Shown here: positions 46,916-56,673 of the stretch, one piece after another | Numbering within the stretch: position 1 is the stretch's first letter | Layout: each line of letters begins with the position of its first letter | Sequence record: OM634661.1 | Strand: one strand, 5' to 3' | DNA length: 64,000 nucleotides | Translations under genes and position numbers: made by a program | The notes under the pieces: model-generated | Databases searched by the model: none | What the model was told of the DNA's origin: nothing | The model's input: the letters and a program-made list of their open reading frames with translations, nothing else

Positions 46916-47282
46916 AAAGAAATATGACCGCCCGCCAATTCCTTTCTTTTATAAATACAAATACACCTTATATATAATAAACATATATAAGCATACCTCT
47001 ATATATAAACCAAATAGATAATACACTATTCATATATATAAAACAAATAGGAATAAACATAAAGGGATAAGTCTATATATAAGAGAGAGTACATATACTC
47101 CCTATAAGGAATAAAAGAAAATATCCTATATATCTACCAAAGGGTATAGAATGAATAAGAAGATAACAACATATAAAAAATTATGAAAGGGTAAACAATA
47201 TATAAACACTATAATCCCTATAAGGGTATCTCTCCCCCATTAAGGAGGAGGATATCATATATATATGGGAATATAGTGAATA

Positions 47283-47612
47283 TTAATCTATTACGATATC
47301 TTCTAAGATAAAAGCTTCTATAGGAGTGTGTTGTTCATAACTAGAGAGAAGGCATTGGAGTGCTTTTCTAGGGCTTCTTAGGAAATCAGATGACATAATC
47401 TCATTACCTACATTGTCTTTTAGTAAAGCCATATTATAATCATCGACAGATAAGAACTCTAAAGAGTATAGGAAGGTTTTATACTTATCTACATCATCTT
47501 TATTATATTTAAACATCTTAATATGGCTCACTTCATTCTGGTGATCATCTAACATCTCAAATTCAATAATATAAGTTTTACCCTTATATATAATATCCTT
47601 CATATAAATCAT
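47283..47612 (-). CDS. Hypothetical protein, family A
   Basis: KDIIYKGKTYIIEFEM...PIEAFILEDIVID; start after AAGGAGG. Confidence 0.75.
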   Translation of the reverse strand: MIYMKDIIYKGKTYIIEFEMLDDHQNEVSHIKMFKYNKDDVDKYKTFLYSLEFLSVDDYNMALLKDNVGNEIMSSDFLRSPRKALQCLLSSYEQHTPIEAFILEDIVID

Positions 47613-47718
47613 AGTGTTTCCTCCTTGTATATATGTATAGAGCACCTTATAAAAGATGCCCCATAAGATTTTGAAATAAAGTGTGTGTCTCTCTATATAT
47701 ATAATACATCTATATATA

Positions 47719-48177
47719 TTAGAAAGGTAGATCATCATCAGAGATTTCAATAGGCTTACCATCATTAGTAAAAGGATCTTGGCTAAAAGGATTGTAATTG
47801 GTATTTGGATTACCAGCCGCTGCACCTACTGGTTGTTCTTGTTGCTGCTGATTTCGGGAATTCTTTGGCTCAAGGAAAGTAACCGTATCAGCTTGTACTT
47901 CTGTTACATATACACGCTGTCCTTGCTGGTTCTCATAGTTTCTTGTTGAAAGGCGACCGTCTACTCCAGCCATACTTCCTTTCTTCAAGTAATTAGCTGT
48001 ATTCTCAGCAGTCTTTCTCCATGCAACGCAGTTAATAAAGTCAGCTTCACGCTCACCATTTTGATTCGTAAATGTACGGTTAACAGCTAGAGTAAATGTT
48101 GCAACTGCCACTCCATTTGGTGTATATCTCAATTCAGGGTCTTTCGTTAATCTTCCTACTAATACTGTTCTATTCAT
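47719..48177 (-). CDS. ssb: Single-stranded DNA-binding protein
   Basis: [34 protein letters not shown]-terminal ISDDDLPF. Confidence 0.97.
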   Translation of the reverse strand: MNRTVLVGRLTKDPELRYTPNGVAVATFTLAVNRTFTNQNGEREADFINCVAWRKTAENTANYLKKGSMAGVDGRLSTRNYENQQGQRVYVTEVQADTVTFLEPKNSRNQQQQEQPVGAAAGNPNTNYNPFSQDPFTNDGKPIEISDDDLPF

Positions 48178-48204
48178 ATAAAACACTCCTTATAATTTTA
48201 TAGA

Positions 48205-48339
48205 TTACATAACTCCTTGATACTCTTTATCACAGAAGTGACAGCAATTCATATTCAGTGAGTAAATATACTCAACAGACTCTCCGCATGTTTTACAGCA
48301 ATGGTTCTGATCCCAAAAGACTTCTTTGTTTTCATCCAT
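48205..48339 (-). CDS. Zinc-ribbon mini-protein, 44 aa
   Basis: AAGGAG RBS; CCKTC...CCHFC; hand-translated. Confidence 0.65.
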   Translation of the reverse strand: MDENKEVFWDQNHCCKTCGESVEYIYSLNMNCCHFCDKEYQGVM

Positions 48340-48357
48340 ACAAAACACTCCTTATTA

Positions 48358-49068
48358 TTAATTATTATTTTTCCAAAGTTCAACTTTCTCATCTATTGCT
48401 TGGTTATATTTAGACAAGATAGTATCCATTTGATATTCGTATTCATAAAGTTCTTTTAAGTAAGCGTTATGAGCAAACTTAATATATTCGATAAGCAATC
48501 TATTAGTTGACCTGATAGATTTCATAATGCTATTTTTAGTACCTGATGTATACATTTTCTTCATATACCTGTGCAAGAAAGAAACTGATTCAAGGATGCT
48601 AGGATAAAACTGTTCAAATGTAGCTGGATAATTCTTCTGTAGAATCAAGATCGGGAAAATGATCATCTCATTGAGATAATCTATCGTGTCATCATCTTTT
48701 ACAAAGGAGAAATTATATTTCTTCGTAAAAGAAAATAGCTGAAAGATATGAGTGATCGGACGCTTCATTTTTACCTTACAGTAAGATCTTCTCTGCTTCC
48801 TATAATCACTCAATTCTGTAATCGAAATAGGTAAAGAGTAGTCATCACTTATTGCGCCTATAGATATATAACTTCCAGTCCACTTAGTATCTCTATATAA
48901 AAAACGATAGAATGGACTGACAGAGACTTTAGTATAGTCATCAGCCTTTGCAATAAGACACAAAGAACTCCTTATAAGGTGAGTTGCAAAGACTCTTTCG
49001 GGATCATATAAATGTACAGCAAGTACACACTCTGAAAACTTTGCGTTTGCAAAACTATCCAAGCTCAT
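48358..49068 (-). CDS. Hypothetical protein, 236 aa
   Basis: Long co-directional ORF. Confidence 0.7.
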   Translation of the reverse strand: MSLDSFANAKFSECVLAVHLYDPERVFATHLIRSSLCLIAKADDYTKVSVSPFYRFLYRDTKWTGSYISIGAISDDYSLPISITELSDYRKQRRSYCKVKMKRPITHIFQLFSFTKKYNFSFVKDDDTIDYLNEMIIFPILILQKNYPATFEQFYPSILESVSFLHRYMKKMYTSGTKNSIMKSIRSTNRLLIEYIKFAHNAYLKELYEYEYQMDTILSKYNQAIDEKVELWKNNN

Positions 49069-49070
49069 GG

Positions 49071-49346
49071 TTACAAACCCTCAACTAGAATTTTCCGAAT
49101 ATGACGGACAGCTTTAAACAAACGACTGTTCAAGATCATATGCTGTTTTAAGAAAGAGAGTAATGGGCCGAAGGCGAACTCTTTCTGATCAAGAGAATGA
49201 CTGCTGCTATAAGATACATCTGTACCTTCTGATACATAAAGATAAACAGTAGATCCATCTGAGATGATAGACACCTCTTGGTTGAATGGAAGTGATACAG
49301 TGTGGTTGATAGAAGATGGTGCTGGAAGTAAAAGCTGATGTGTCAT
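49071..49346 (-). CDS. Hypothetical protein, 91 aa
   Basis: AGGAGG RBS. Confidence 0.65.
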   Translation of the reverse strand: MTHQLLLPAPSSINHTVSLPFNQEVSIISDGSTVYLYVSEGTDVSYSSSHSLDQKEFAFGPLLSFLKQHMILNSRLFKAVRHIRKILVEGL

Positions 49347-49366
49347 AAGTAATTCCTCCTAAAGTT

Positions 49367-49624
49367 TTATGCTGTTACTTGTACATACCTTTCTAATACA
49401 TACTGACTATCCATATGGAAATCAGCTTTATGTACTAGATAATGATAGTAGAGAGCATAGTAAGCTGCCGCTCGATTGACAGCTCGCTCTCCTAAGTAAA
49501 ATGATTCGTACTGATAAGATAGAGAGGTATATACTGCGCCTACCTCTACTTCAATAAATAAGTTACCAAGCTGTACTTGCTCTAGCATTATGTCAATGAC
49601 TCGATGTTTGTTCATTATGGTCAA
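49367..49624 (-). CDS. Hypothetical protein, about 85 aa
   Basis: Coupled ORF. Confidence 0.6.
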   Translation of the reverse strand: MTIMNKHRVIDIMLEQVQLGNLFIEVEVGAVYTSLSYQYESFYLGERAVNRAAAYYALYYHYLVHKADFHMDSQYVLERYVQVTA

Positions 49625-50127
49625 CTCCTATTGATTTGTAATCTTTTTAATGCTTTCAAGAATCCAGCATCACTCTCAATAAAAACAATCTTATTTTGAA
49701 TATACCTGATGATCTCTTTTCTGTGAGAAGGATCAGATGGGTCCTGACAAACAAGAAATGTCACATGTTCTTCATCAGGAAAATTGACATGGTATTGTCC
49801 AATGACTTTAAGGTACTCAATATTTCGATGAGGCTTTCCAAATAAAAGCTTACCAATATACGAAACTGGCTCCAATGGTGCAACTCTAAGCACATGAGGG
49901 GTCTTAATCTGAAAAGAGATGATACCGATATCACAACCAACTGTTGTACTATTGATGATCTTGGAAACGAAAGGGTAAAAACCCTCTCTCCCTAAAACAT
50001 CTTTAACTGCTTCATTCCTTATACCAACATCATTAATAGCAGATTGATTATTAGCTATAATATGATCTATTAAACTAGAATTAATCTGGATATATTTATT
50101 CAAGAGAGAGTGAGCATCTTGGATCAT
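49621..50127 (-). CDS. Hypothetical protein, family C
   Basis: MIQDAHSLLNKYI...YPFV...KVIGQY. Confidence 0.7.
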   Translation of the reverse strand: MIQDAHSLLNKYIQINSSLIDHIIANNQSAINDVGIRNEAVKDVLGREGFYPFVSKIINSTTVGCDIGIISFQIKTPHVLRVAPLEPVSYIGKLLFGKPHRNIEYLKVIGQYHVNFPDEEHVTFLVCQDPSDPSHRKEIIRYIQNKIVFIESDAGFLKALKRLQINRS

Positions 50128-50132
50128 TCATG

Positions 50133-50630
50133 CTATCTCCTTCCCATATGCTTAATTAACTCAAGAAGCTGTGAGTCATCTTCAACAAATTCAATAGGTT
50201 GATGTCGATTCGTAAAGATGTGTTTTTTACCATATGGCATATCTATATCCTTACACACATAATGAATTCTTGCTACATTGTCATTTGTGCGACCAAGATA
50301 TTGACCAACGACCTTGTAGTAATCTTGTCCAAAATCTATTACCTTATTAATGTATGAGGTAGAATCAACAGACAATGGACTGTCAATACTCTGAATGTTT
50401 GCCTTGCAAACAGCGCCAGCAATATAAAATTCAACAACTTGATCACTAGCCACATTGTGTACATAAGGATGAAGGTAATTTGAATGCAATGCTGTTTTTA
50501 GTTTGTCGATAGAAATTCCTCTTCGAGCCAATTCGCCAGAATTGTTTCCAACAACAAAATCAATGTAATACGGCTTTATATGAATATATCTATTTAGAAG
50601 AGATGCTGCGTCTTTAATCATCTCTCTCAC
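50133..50630 (-). CDS. Hypothetical protein, family C
   Basis: MIKDAASLLNRYI...HPYV...KVVGQY. Confidence 0.7.
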   Translation of the reverse strand: MREMIKDAASLLNRYIHIKPYYIDFVVGNNSGELARRGISIDKLKTALHSNYLHPYVHNVASDQVVEFYIAGAVCKANIQSIDSPLSVDSTSYINKVIDFGQDYYKVVGQYLGRTNDNVARIHYVCKDIDMPYGKKHIFTNRHQPIEFVEDDSQLLELIKHMGRR

Positions 50631-50672
50631 CTCCTATTTTAATCTTAACCTGCTGATGTAAGTAGCTACCTC

Positions 50673-51176
50673 TCATGATTTAAAACCCTCCATCAATTTA
50701 TTGCGAAAATCATTCTTTAATGAAAGAAGCTCAGATTCATATAGGGGTCTAATACTCCTATAACCAGAACATGCTATAATTGAACCACTAGGCGATTGAA
50801 CTATATAGCGCAAAATGTAATTTCTCAGGAATTTTCCTACTATCGGGAAGGTGTTTCCTTGATGAGTAGTAAGCAGATCGCCGACTTTTCCTTCACTTGT
50901 GTCTTCAATAACGCAGTTTTTATCATAATGTAGATAAGGAATCTTTACTTCATTCCTACTTATATACGAATACATGTAAGGAACTTTGTATTTGTCTTTC
51001 TCTACTTTGTGTATGAATAGCCCTCTCTCATGTCTTTCAGCTAGATCAAATAATTCTGTCATGCTTAAATCGCTATATATTCTACTACCTTTAGTATTTT
51101 CTAAAAGACGATACTTTTCGAAAGGTAATTTGTAAAATTGATTAATCATATTTCTTCCTCCTATCATTCTTCTCAT
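50673..51176 (-). CDS. Hypothetical protein, about 160 aa
   Basis: AGGAGG RBS. Confidence 0.65.
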   Translation of the reverse strand: MRRMIGGRNMINQFYKLPFEKYRLLENTKGSRIYSDLSMTELFDLAERHERGLFIHKVEKDKYKVPYMYSYISRNEVKIPYLHYDKNCVIEDTSEGKVGDLLTTHQGNTFPIVGKFLRNYILRYIVQSPSGSIIACSGYRSIRPLYESELLSLKNDFRNKLMEGFKS

Positions 51177-51557
51177 ATATGAATCTTTTGCTCATGTTAT
51201 ATATAATACTATAGGACCTCCAATGTTAATAAGACGGAGGTCCTTCACATTATTCTTCTTCCCTTTTCTTACTATCTTACCAAAAAGGTTTATACCACAT
51301 GAGCCGAAGGCGAACATCCTACAGCCGAAGGCCATGTCTAATTCCTAACAAGTATGCTCCCACTAGCAATACCTCTCCCCATCGTTAGATTAGACTACAA
51401 GGGGATTCAATCGCCATCCCCTATAAATACCCCTGCTCAACCCTTTCGGGTCACACAGGTCAAAATAAAGACACACAGATATATCAATATTGGAGCCTCA
51501 CCATTTAATGGTCCCCTCCAATTGTTTGACATACCTCGCTATCGCTCGGCTTTCGGG

Positions 51558-52157
51558 TCATACAAGAACTCCGTTCACTAGGTGTTCAGTAAACACCTCT
51601 CTCTCACAATTAGGAATGTTAAAATTATCATAGTAACTATTTAGAAAGTGTAGAGCTTTATCATAGAATGTGTCCCAATTATTAAATGTAGATTCCTCTA
51701 GTATATACTTTGCATTAACCCAAGCAGATTCTTCGTAGTAGACAGGTTGCTCCTTGTAGTTTGCTAAGAATCTATCGTAGTTTGAATCAAACAACTCAGT
51801 AAAGTCCATATGGTGTCCTAGCTCATGTGCAATAATAGTCAGTAGGATATCTTCATCAACACTCAGGGCATCTCGGCTTAAAACAATCATAGGATGAACT
51901 TGTTCGCCATATTCAGATTCCGTTTGAAAAGCTGCCCAGAAAGCATGACTTGTTAAGTTGTGATCCAGGTAAAACAATGGAATCCCGATACTCTTAATTC
52001 CATTAGCAATTCTTTTATTACTCAAACTATCTATGTCAAATACATGTATATTTTCCATCTCTAATATTTGAAGATTTACTTTAAATACTTCAACAGAACA
52101 TCCTTCTAGAATTTTCTCTTTATACATTCTCTCGATAACTTGATTCACAATAATCAC
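51558..52157 (-). CDS. Zinc metallopeptidase (HExxH, ImmA/IrrE-like)
   Basis: TIIAHELGHHMD and downstream YEESAW. Confidence 0.7.
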   Translation of the reverse strand: MIIVNQVIERMYKEKILEGCSVEVFKVNLQILEMENIHVFDIDSLSNKRIANGIKSIGIPLFYLDHNLTSHAFWAAFQTESEYGEQVHPMIVLSRDALSVDEDILLTIIAHELGHHMDFTELFDSNYDRFLANYKEQPVYYEESAWVNAKYILEESTFNNWDTFYDKALHFLNSYYDNFNIPNCEREVFTEHLVNGVLV

Positions 52158-52184
52158 TCCTATAGTCTTATAGTAAATAAAAGA

Positions 52185-52202
52185 GGCAGAAATAAATCTG
52201 CC
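52185..52202 (-). terminator. Intrinsic terminator
   Basis: GGCAGA-TTTATT-TCTGCC followed by TCTTTT. Confidence 0.6.
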
Positions 52203-52218
52203 CCATAAGATTCTTTAA

Positions 52219-53523
52219 TTACTCAGAGATCACTCCATGCATAGAGAAGTTACCAAAGTATTGACCACAAGCCATAGCAAGTGCTAATACATCTTTGTTG
52301 ATTTCGATATGACTAGAATCAAGTTGAGTTTGTACATATTGCCCTCTGAATGCAATACTAGCTTCTTGACCATCCATTAATACATATGGACCTACTACTT
52401 GATGAACAGACTGACACTTAGAGCAAGTGATTTCACTATCAGAAGAACTTACTTGGATTTGAGTGTCACAGCATTTCACAGAGAATACTTCTTCATTCTT
52501 CTTATAGATAGTGTATACAGGCTTGATAGACTTACCAGCTTGTTTCCAAGTGATATTACTAGAAGCAACATCAGAGTAAGATCTTTCATTTGTATTCTCT
52601 TTGATACGGAAGCGAAGGTTTACTCCGTTACCAAATGAGATTTCTACAACAACTAGAACAGAACCGTTGTCATAATCACCAAGAACATCTTTAGGATTCA
52701 AGAAGCGAACATCAGTAATACCTAGCTCTTTATCTTTTCTATCAGCAAGGATTGTTTCTAGACGATTGATTACATCGTAATCCTCAGAACGCAAGTACCA
52801 AGGAGTCTCTTTACTGACTTTCTTCATCTCTCCACGAACAGAATCATCAAATGATAGACCACGAGATTCCATTGCTTTCTCTCTCTTAGCTTTTAGTGCG
52901 TTTTGAGCTGCTCCAGAAGATAGACGGCGAGTAGGCGTTTGCTCCTGTTGATTTCTTTCTACACCCATGTTTGTATTTGATTTAGTTCCTACAGATTTTC
53001 TAGTCACTTTATTCGCTCCCTTTTCATTTGATTTATTAGATTTAGTTGCATTTTTAGCAGCATACATATCTCCACCAGTACGCTCTAAGAATCTTTTTGC
53101 TGCTTCGCTTTCTCTGATTACCTCTACATTGTTTTTAGTCATTTCATTCTCTCCCTCAATAGTTTTATTTACTTGCTTCTTTGCTTTTCTTTCGATACTA
53201 GAGATGGCTTCATCTTCTACGCTGCTACCAGACACCATCTGACCACCAGCAACAGCTCCTACTTTCTCAAGCATTTTACCTGACTCAACCATCTTTTCTA
53301 CTTCTTTCTCATAAGCTTTGTTTAAGGCATTCGCTACAACCTCTGCTCGATCAAGATCTTCATCAACAATATAGATTGTTTGTTCATGACCTAGAGCTTC
53401 ATCCATGATGTACTCTAAAGAGTAGATTCTGTCATTGATATCAGTTAGTTCGAAATCATAATCTGCATCCTTCATTTGTAAAGCACCTTTGAATTTAATA
53501 GTTGTGTTTGTCATTTTCATCAA
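52219..53523 (-). CDS. 434-aa protein: charged N-terminal half, possible SpoVG-like domain, C-terminal zinc finger
   Basis: GITDVRF...VEISFGNG...RIKE; KCCD...CSKC. Confidence 0.8.
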   Translation of the reverse strand: MMKMTNTTIKFKGALQMKDADYDFELTDINDRIYSLEYIMDEALGHEQTIYIVDEDLDRAEVVANALNKAYEKEVEKMVESGKMLEKVGAVAGGQMVSGSSVEDEAISSIERKAKKQVNKTIEGENEMTKNNVEVIRESEAAKRFLERTGGDMYAAKNATKSNKSNEKGANKVTRKSVGTKSNTNMGVERNQQEQTPTRRLSSGAAQNALKAKREKAMESRGLSFDDSVRGEMKKVSKETPWYLRSEDYDVINRLETILADRKDKELGITDVRFLNPKDVLGDYDNGSVLVVVEISFGNGVNLRFRIKENTNERSYSDVASSNITWKQAGKSIKPVYTIYKKNEEVFSVKCCDTQIQVSSSDSEITCSKCQSVHQVVGPYVLMDGQEASIAFRGQYVQTQLDSSHIEINKDVLALAMACGQYFGNFSMHGVISE

Positions 53524-53562
53524 TCTCCTTTTAATATGTTTTTAGTTTGATATAGATAGAAA

Positions 53563-53587
53563 AGACCTGACATACACAGCCAGGTCT
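53563..53587 (-). terminator. Intrinsic terminator
   Basis: AGACCTG...CAGGTCT followed by TTT. Confidence 0.55.
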
Positions 53588-53600
53588 CAAATCACAAATA

Positions 53601-55841
53601 TTACTCACCAATCACTTCACGAAGGTAAGCTTTTACTTTCTCATCAACACGAAGAGCTTCAATTGCTTCCATTGGGTTAACAGAACGTCTAACACCATAG
53701 ATGAATTGATTAAGCTCTCTTTGAAGTACATGCTGAAGAGAATCAGCTGCTAGTTGACGATCCTTTGCATCTCCACCAACAAGATGGAATCTCATACCTT
53801 CTTCGATGACAGCAAATACAATATCCACTGCACCTTCATCAAGGTAACGTGCAAATTCAGAAGCAGATAGATCATTGTATACGTTATTGATATACATGTT
53901 ACGATCAATACTGTCTGACTCAACAAGCTCTTCCATTGTCTGATAGTTACTTACATCCTCAGACTTACGGTATAGCTTTTCACCCATTACATCTGCTACT
54001 TCGATAACTTCAGATCCATCTTGCTCAGATGTGAAGAAGTGACGAGTGAAATCAGGTCTAGCTGCATTCTGAGTTCTTTCTTCATCCCAGATTAGAGATT
54101 GTTTCAGCATACCTGTTGCACGATCCCACTTAGTAGAAAGATCTTGTGGAAGATCAAGTGGTTTCTTTAGTGCAAGTTCAAATACATACTCAGCTTGCTC
54201 AAGATCAAGTTTGTTCAAGTTGAATGCAGCGTAGAAGATTTGATTGATCTTCTTCATGATTTCATTCTTGAACTCATCGAATGCTTCAACTGGTGCAACG
54301 AACTCAGGATCAGCATGTGCCATGATCTCATTCGTACCGTATACATTCACACCGATACCTTTGACTCTGAATGCTTGAGGTCCTTCTACTTCACCTGGGA
54401 ATTTTGTTACCCAAGTCTTCGCTTTACCTTCTACTACAAGTGTTTCGATTGCTTGACGATTCACCATAGCTGGAGTTGTCCAGAATGCTGTAGAGAACGT
54501 TCCATTCTCTTTTGCTTCTACACGATCCTTAGTAGCTCTTGCTTCTCCTTTGAAGACATTACCATGATAGAATGGGCAAGATAGGCAAAGGTCTTTCGTA
54601 CCTTCCTTTCTGATATCGCTTACATTTCTAGGCTTGCCAGCAATGATTACTTGATTGCTAGAAGGCCATTGGTGATTACCATCCTCATCAATGAAGTAAT
54701 CTTTCTCCATTGCAGATGCACGATTCGCCTCTTCTACTGCTTCTTCATCTACAAGTTTACGAAGAACAGAGCAGTATAGATTTGGTTGGATATTACCATA
54801 CTGACCAATAACATCTGTTCCAAGATTCTGCAATACGTGACGAGAATTCTTATCTTCCATTAGTAGATCATCATCCACTCCATCTTTCGCTTGAAGTGAA
54901 GTTGCATAACGGCAAGTTGTGCAAGATGGCTCAAGATCATGTCTGTTCTCAGGATTACCTTGCTCAAACTCTCCAGTGAATACTTGCAAGAATGCAGTTA
55001 GTGCTGCTTCTAGATTTCTATTATTTGCGCTATTTGCTAGACCAAAACGAACATCTCTAGTTTTCATTCTATCGTAGTATACATTATTCTTACCTTTGAC
55101 TTTAGGAAGGTTCACTTTCAATCTACCATTATTATCTTCCTTGATTGCTAGAGTTAGTACACCACTACCAGCAGCATATGGCTCAAAAGACTTTGGAAGC
55201 TGGAACTGATTTAGATCATACTCAGTGAACTCTTTATCTTCGAACTTTTGCTCTTCTTGATTCCAAACAGAGATTGTTGCATAGTCTCTTGGCACATAGA
55301 CAGTCATCGCTCCGATACGACCATAGCTCATTGGCTTATCGAAGAATTCAATTCCAGCAACCATTACTTTGATTTCACCAAGATTCTTTTCGTATCTGCG
55401 AACACTTTCTTTCAAGTAGCTTCTTACTTCTTTCACGATTGGATTTACATGTGGCACTACTTCTTTCTTCATCATGAATACATCCTCATTTCCTTTTAGA
55501 ATTTTAGAATTTTCCAAAGCACGTAGATTCTTTTGATTTGTCATAGCGATAAGCTCCTTTTCTACTCTCTCTTCATTTGTCATAGTAACTTCCTCCTCTT
55601 GTTTTTCTTCTGCTACAGCAGTCTCATCCATAGCAGGACTTGATACAAATTGACTAGATACTGCATCAATTAAAATTGAGGCTTTGACTTCTTTGACATC
55701 TTTCTTCTTGTAACTAACACCAAGTGCGTTTAGGTTTGCTTCAATATCTGCTACTGTAAGTCCTGTTTTGCGATCCAATACCATAGCCATAGCTTCCTCG
55801 ATAGTTTTAGCACCTTTAACAATAGTCATAACGTTTTTCAT
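53601..55841 (-). CDS. 746-aa protein: HeH-like N-terminus, SpoVG-like domain, Cys cluster
   Basis: LTVADIEANLNALGVSY; IKEDNNGRLKVNLPKVKGKNNVYYD; CTTC...YC...CLSC. Confidence 0.85.
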   Translation of the reverse strand: MKNVMTIVKGAKTIEEAMAMVLDRKTGLTVADIEANLNALGVSYKKKDVKEVKASILIDAVSSQFVSSPAMDETAVAEEKQEEEVTMTNEERVEKELIAMTNQKNLRALENSKILKGNEDVFMMKKEVVPHVNPIVKEVRSYLKESVRRYEKNLGEIKVMVAGIEFFDKPMSYGRIGAMTVYVPRDYATISVWNQEEQKFEDKEFTEYDLNQFQLPKSFEPYAAGSGVLTLAIKEDNNGRLKVNLPKVKGKNNVYYDRMKTRDVRFGLANSANNRNLEAALTAFLQVFTGEFEQGNPENRHDLEPSCTTCRYATSLQAKDGVDDDLLMEDKNSRHVLQNLGTDVIGQYGNIQPNLYCSVLRKLVDEEAVEEANRASAMEKDYFIDEDGNHQWPSSNQVIIAGKPRNVSDIRKEGTKDLCLSCPFYHGNVFKGEARATKDRVEAKENGTFSTAFWTTPAMVNRQAIETLVVEGKAKTWVTKFPGEVEGPQAFRVKGIGVNVYGTNEIMAHADPEFVAPVEAFDEFKNEIMKKINQIFYAAFNLNKLDLEQAEYVFELALKKPLDLPQDLSTKWDRATGMLKQSLIWDEERTQNAARPDFTRHFFTSEQDGSEVIEVADVMGEKLYRKSEDVSNYQTMEELVESDSIDRNMYINNVYNDLSASEFARYLDEGAVDIVFAVIEEGMRFHLVGGDAKDRQLAADSLQHVLQRELNQFIYGVRRSVNPMEAIEALRVDEKVKAYLREVIGE

Positions 55842-55948
55842 AATATATTCTCTCCCTTGGGTTTTAGTTTTTTATTAGGCTACTCTCACTCACCTTTTTT
55901 ATCTCTGTCAATCAGCCAAAATACATTAGTGACATTTAAACGAATAGA

Positions 55949-56569
55949 TTACTCAGCGCTTGCTTCTGAATCGAATGCGACTCTTTGACCAGCACCTTTT
56001 CTCATTCTTCTTGATGGTAAAGTATCAACTTCTTCCTCTACTTCAGCATCTTCTTCATTGAACTCTGGTTCATCTAGAACTTCTTCTGTTCTAAGAATGA
56101 CACCCTCTGGAATAACTTCTTCCTCTTCTTCTACTTCTTCTGATTCTTGAGCAATTACCTCTTCTTCTTCAATAGGTTCTACTTCATGAGGAGTAAGGTC
56201 TGTAATCTGTTGTTGTACAGGAGGCTGTTCATTCTCCATTGCTTCCACAGCTTCTCTGTATTCTTGAACACGTTGAACAAGGTTTTCATTTGAATCTGGT
56301 TTAATACCAAGCGTTTTATAGATATCCATGACAAGAATGTGGTTCATAATGTCACGATCATAACCCTCACTCATTTCTTGATCGAACCTTCTGTTTGTGA
56401 CTGGCATGAAACCTTTGACCGTTTTACCAGCTTCTTTAGCTTTTGCTACAGATGTCTTAGTGATCTCAGTTGCTTTCTCTTTGATACGATCAGCGTTAAA
56501 TGCTTTCTTGTTGTTGTTTACTCCACCGTTGTTGATAGCTGCTTTGAAATCGTTGAATGTGAATGCCAT
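55949..56569 (-). CDS. Highly acidic hypothetical protein, 206 aa
   Basis: Start at MAFTF after AAGGAG; Glu-rich C-terminal half. Confidence 0.75.
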   Translation of the reverse strand: MAFTFNDFKAAINNGGVNNNKKAFNADRIKEKATEITKTSVAKAKEAGKTVKGFMPVTNRRFDQEMSEGYDRDIMNHILVMDIYKTLGIKPDSNENLVQRVQEYREAVEAMENEQPPVQQQITDLTPHEVEPIEEEEVIAQESEEVEEEEEVIPEGVILRTEEVLDEPEFNEEDAEVEEEVDTLPSRRMRKGAGQRVAFDSEASAE

Positions 56570-56673
56570 GATAAACTCCTTTTCTTGTGCCTTTAGCACA
56601 GCTCAATTGTCTTGGGTAGAGCTTCCCTAAATTAGTGTTTGTCCATAATACAAAGTGTCACTGAGCTTAATCC

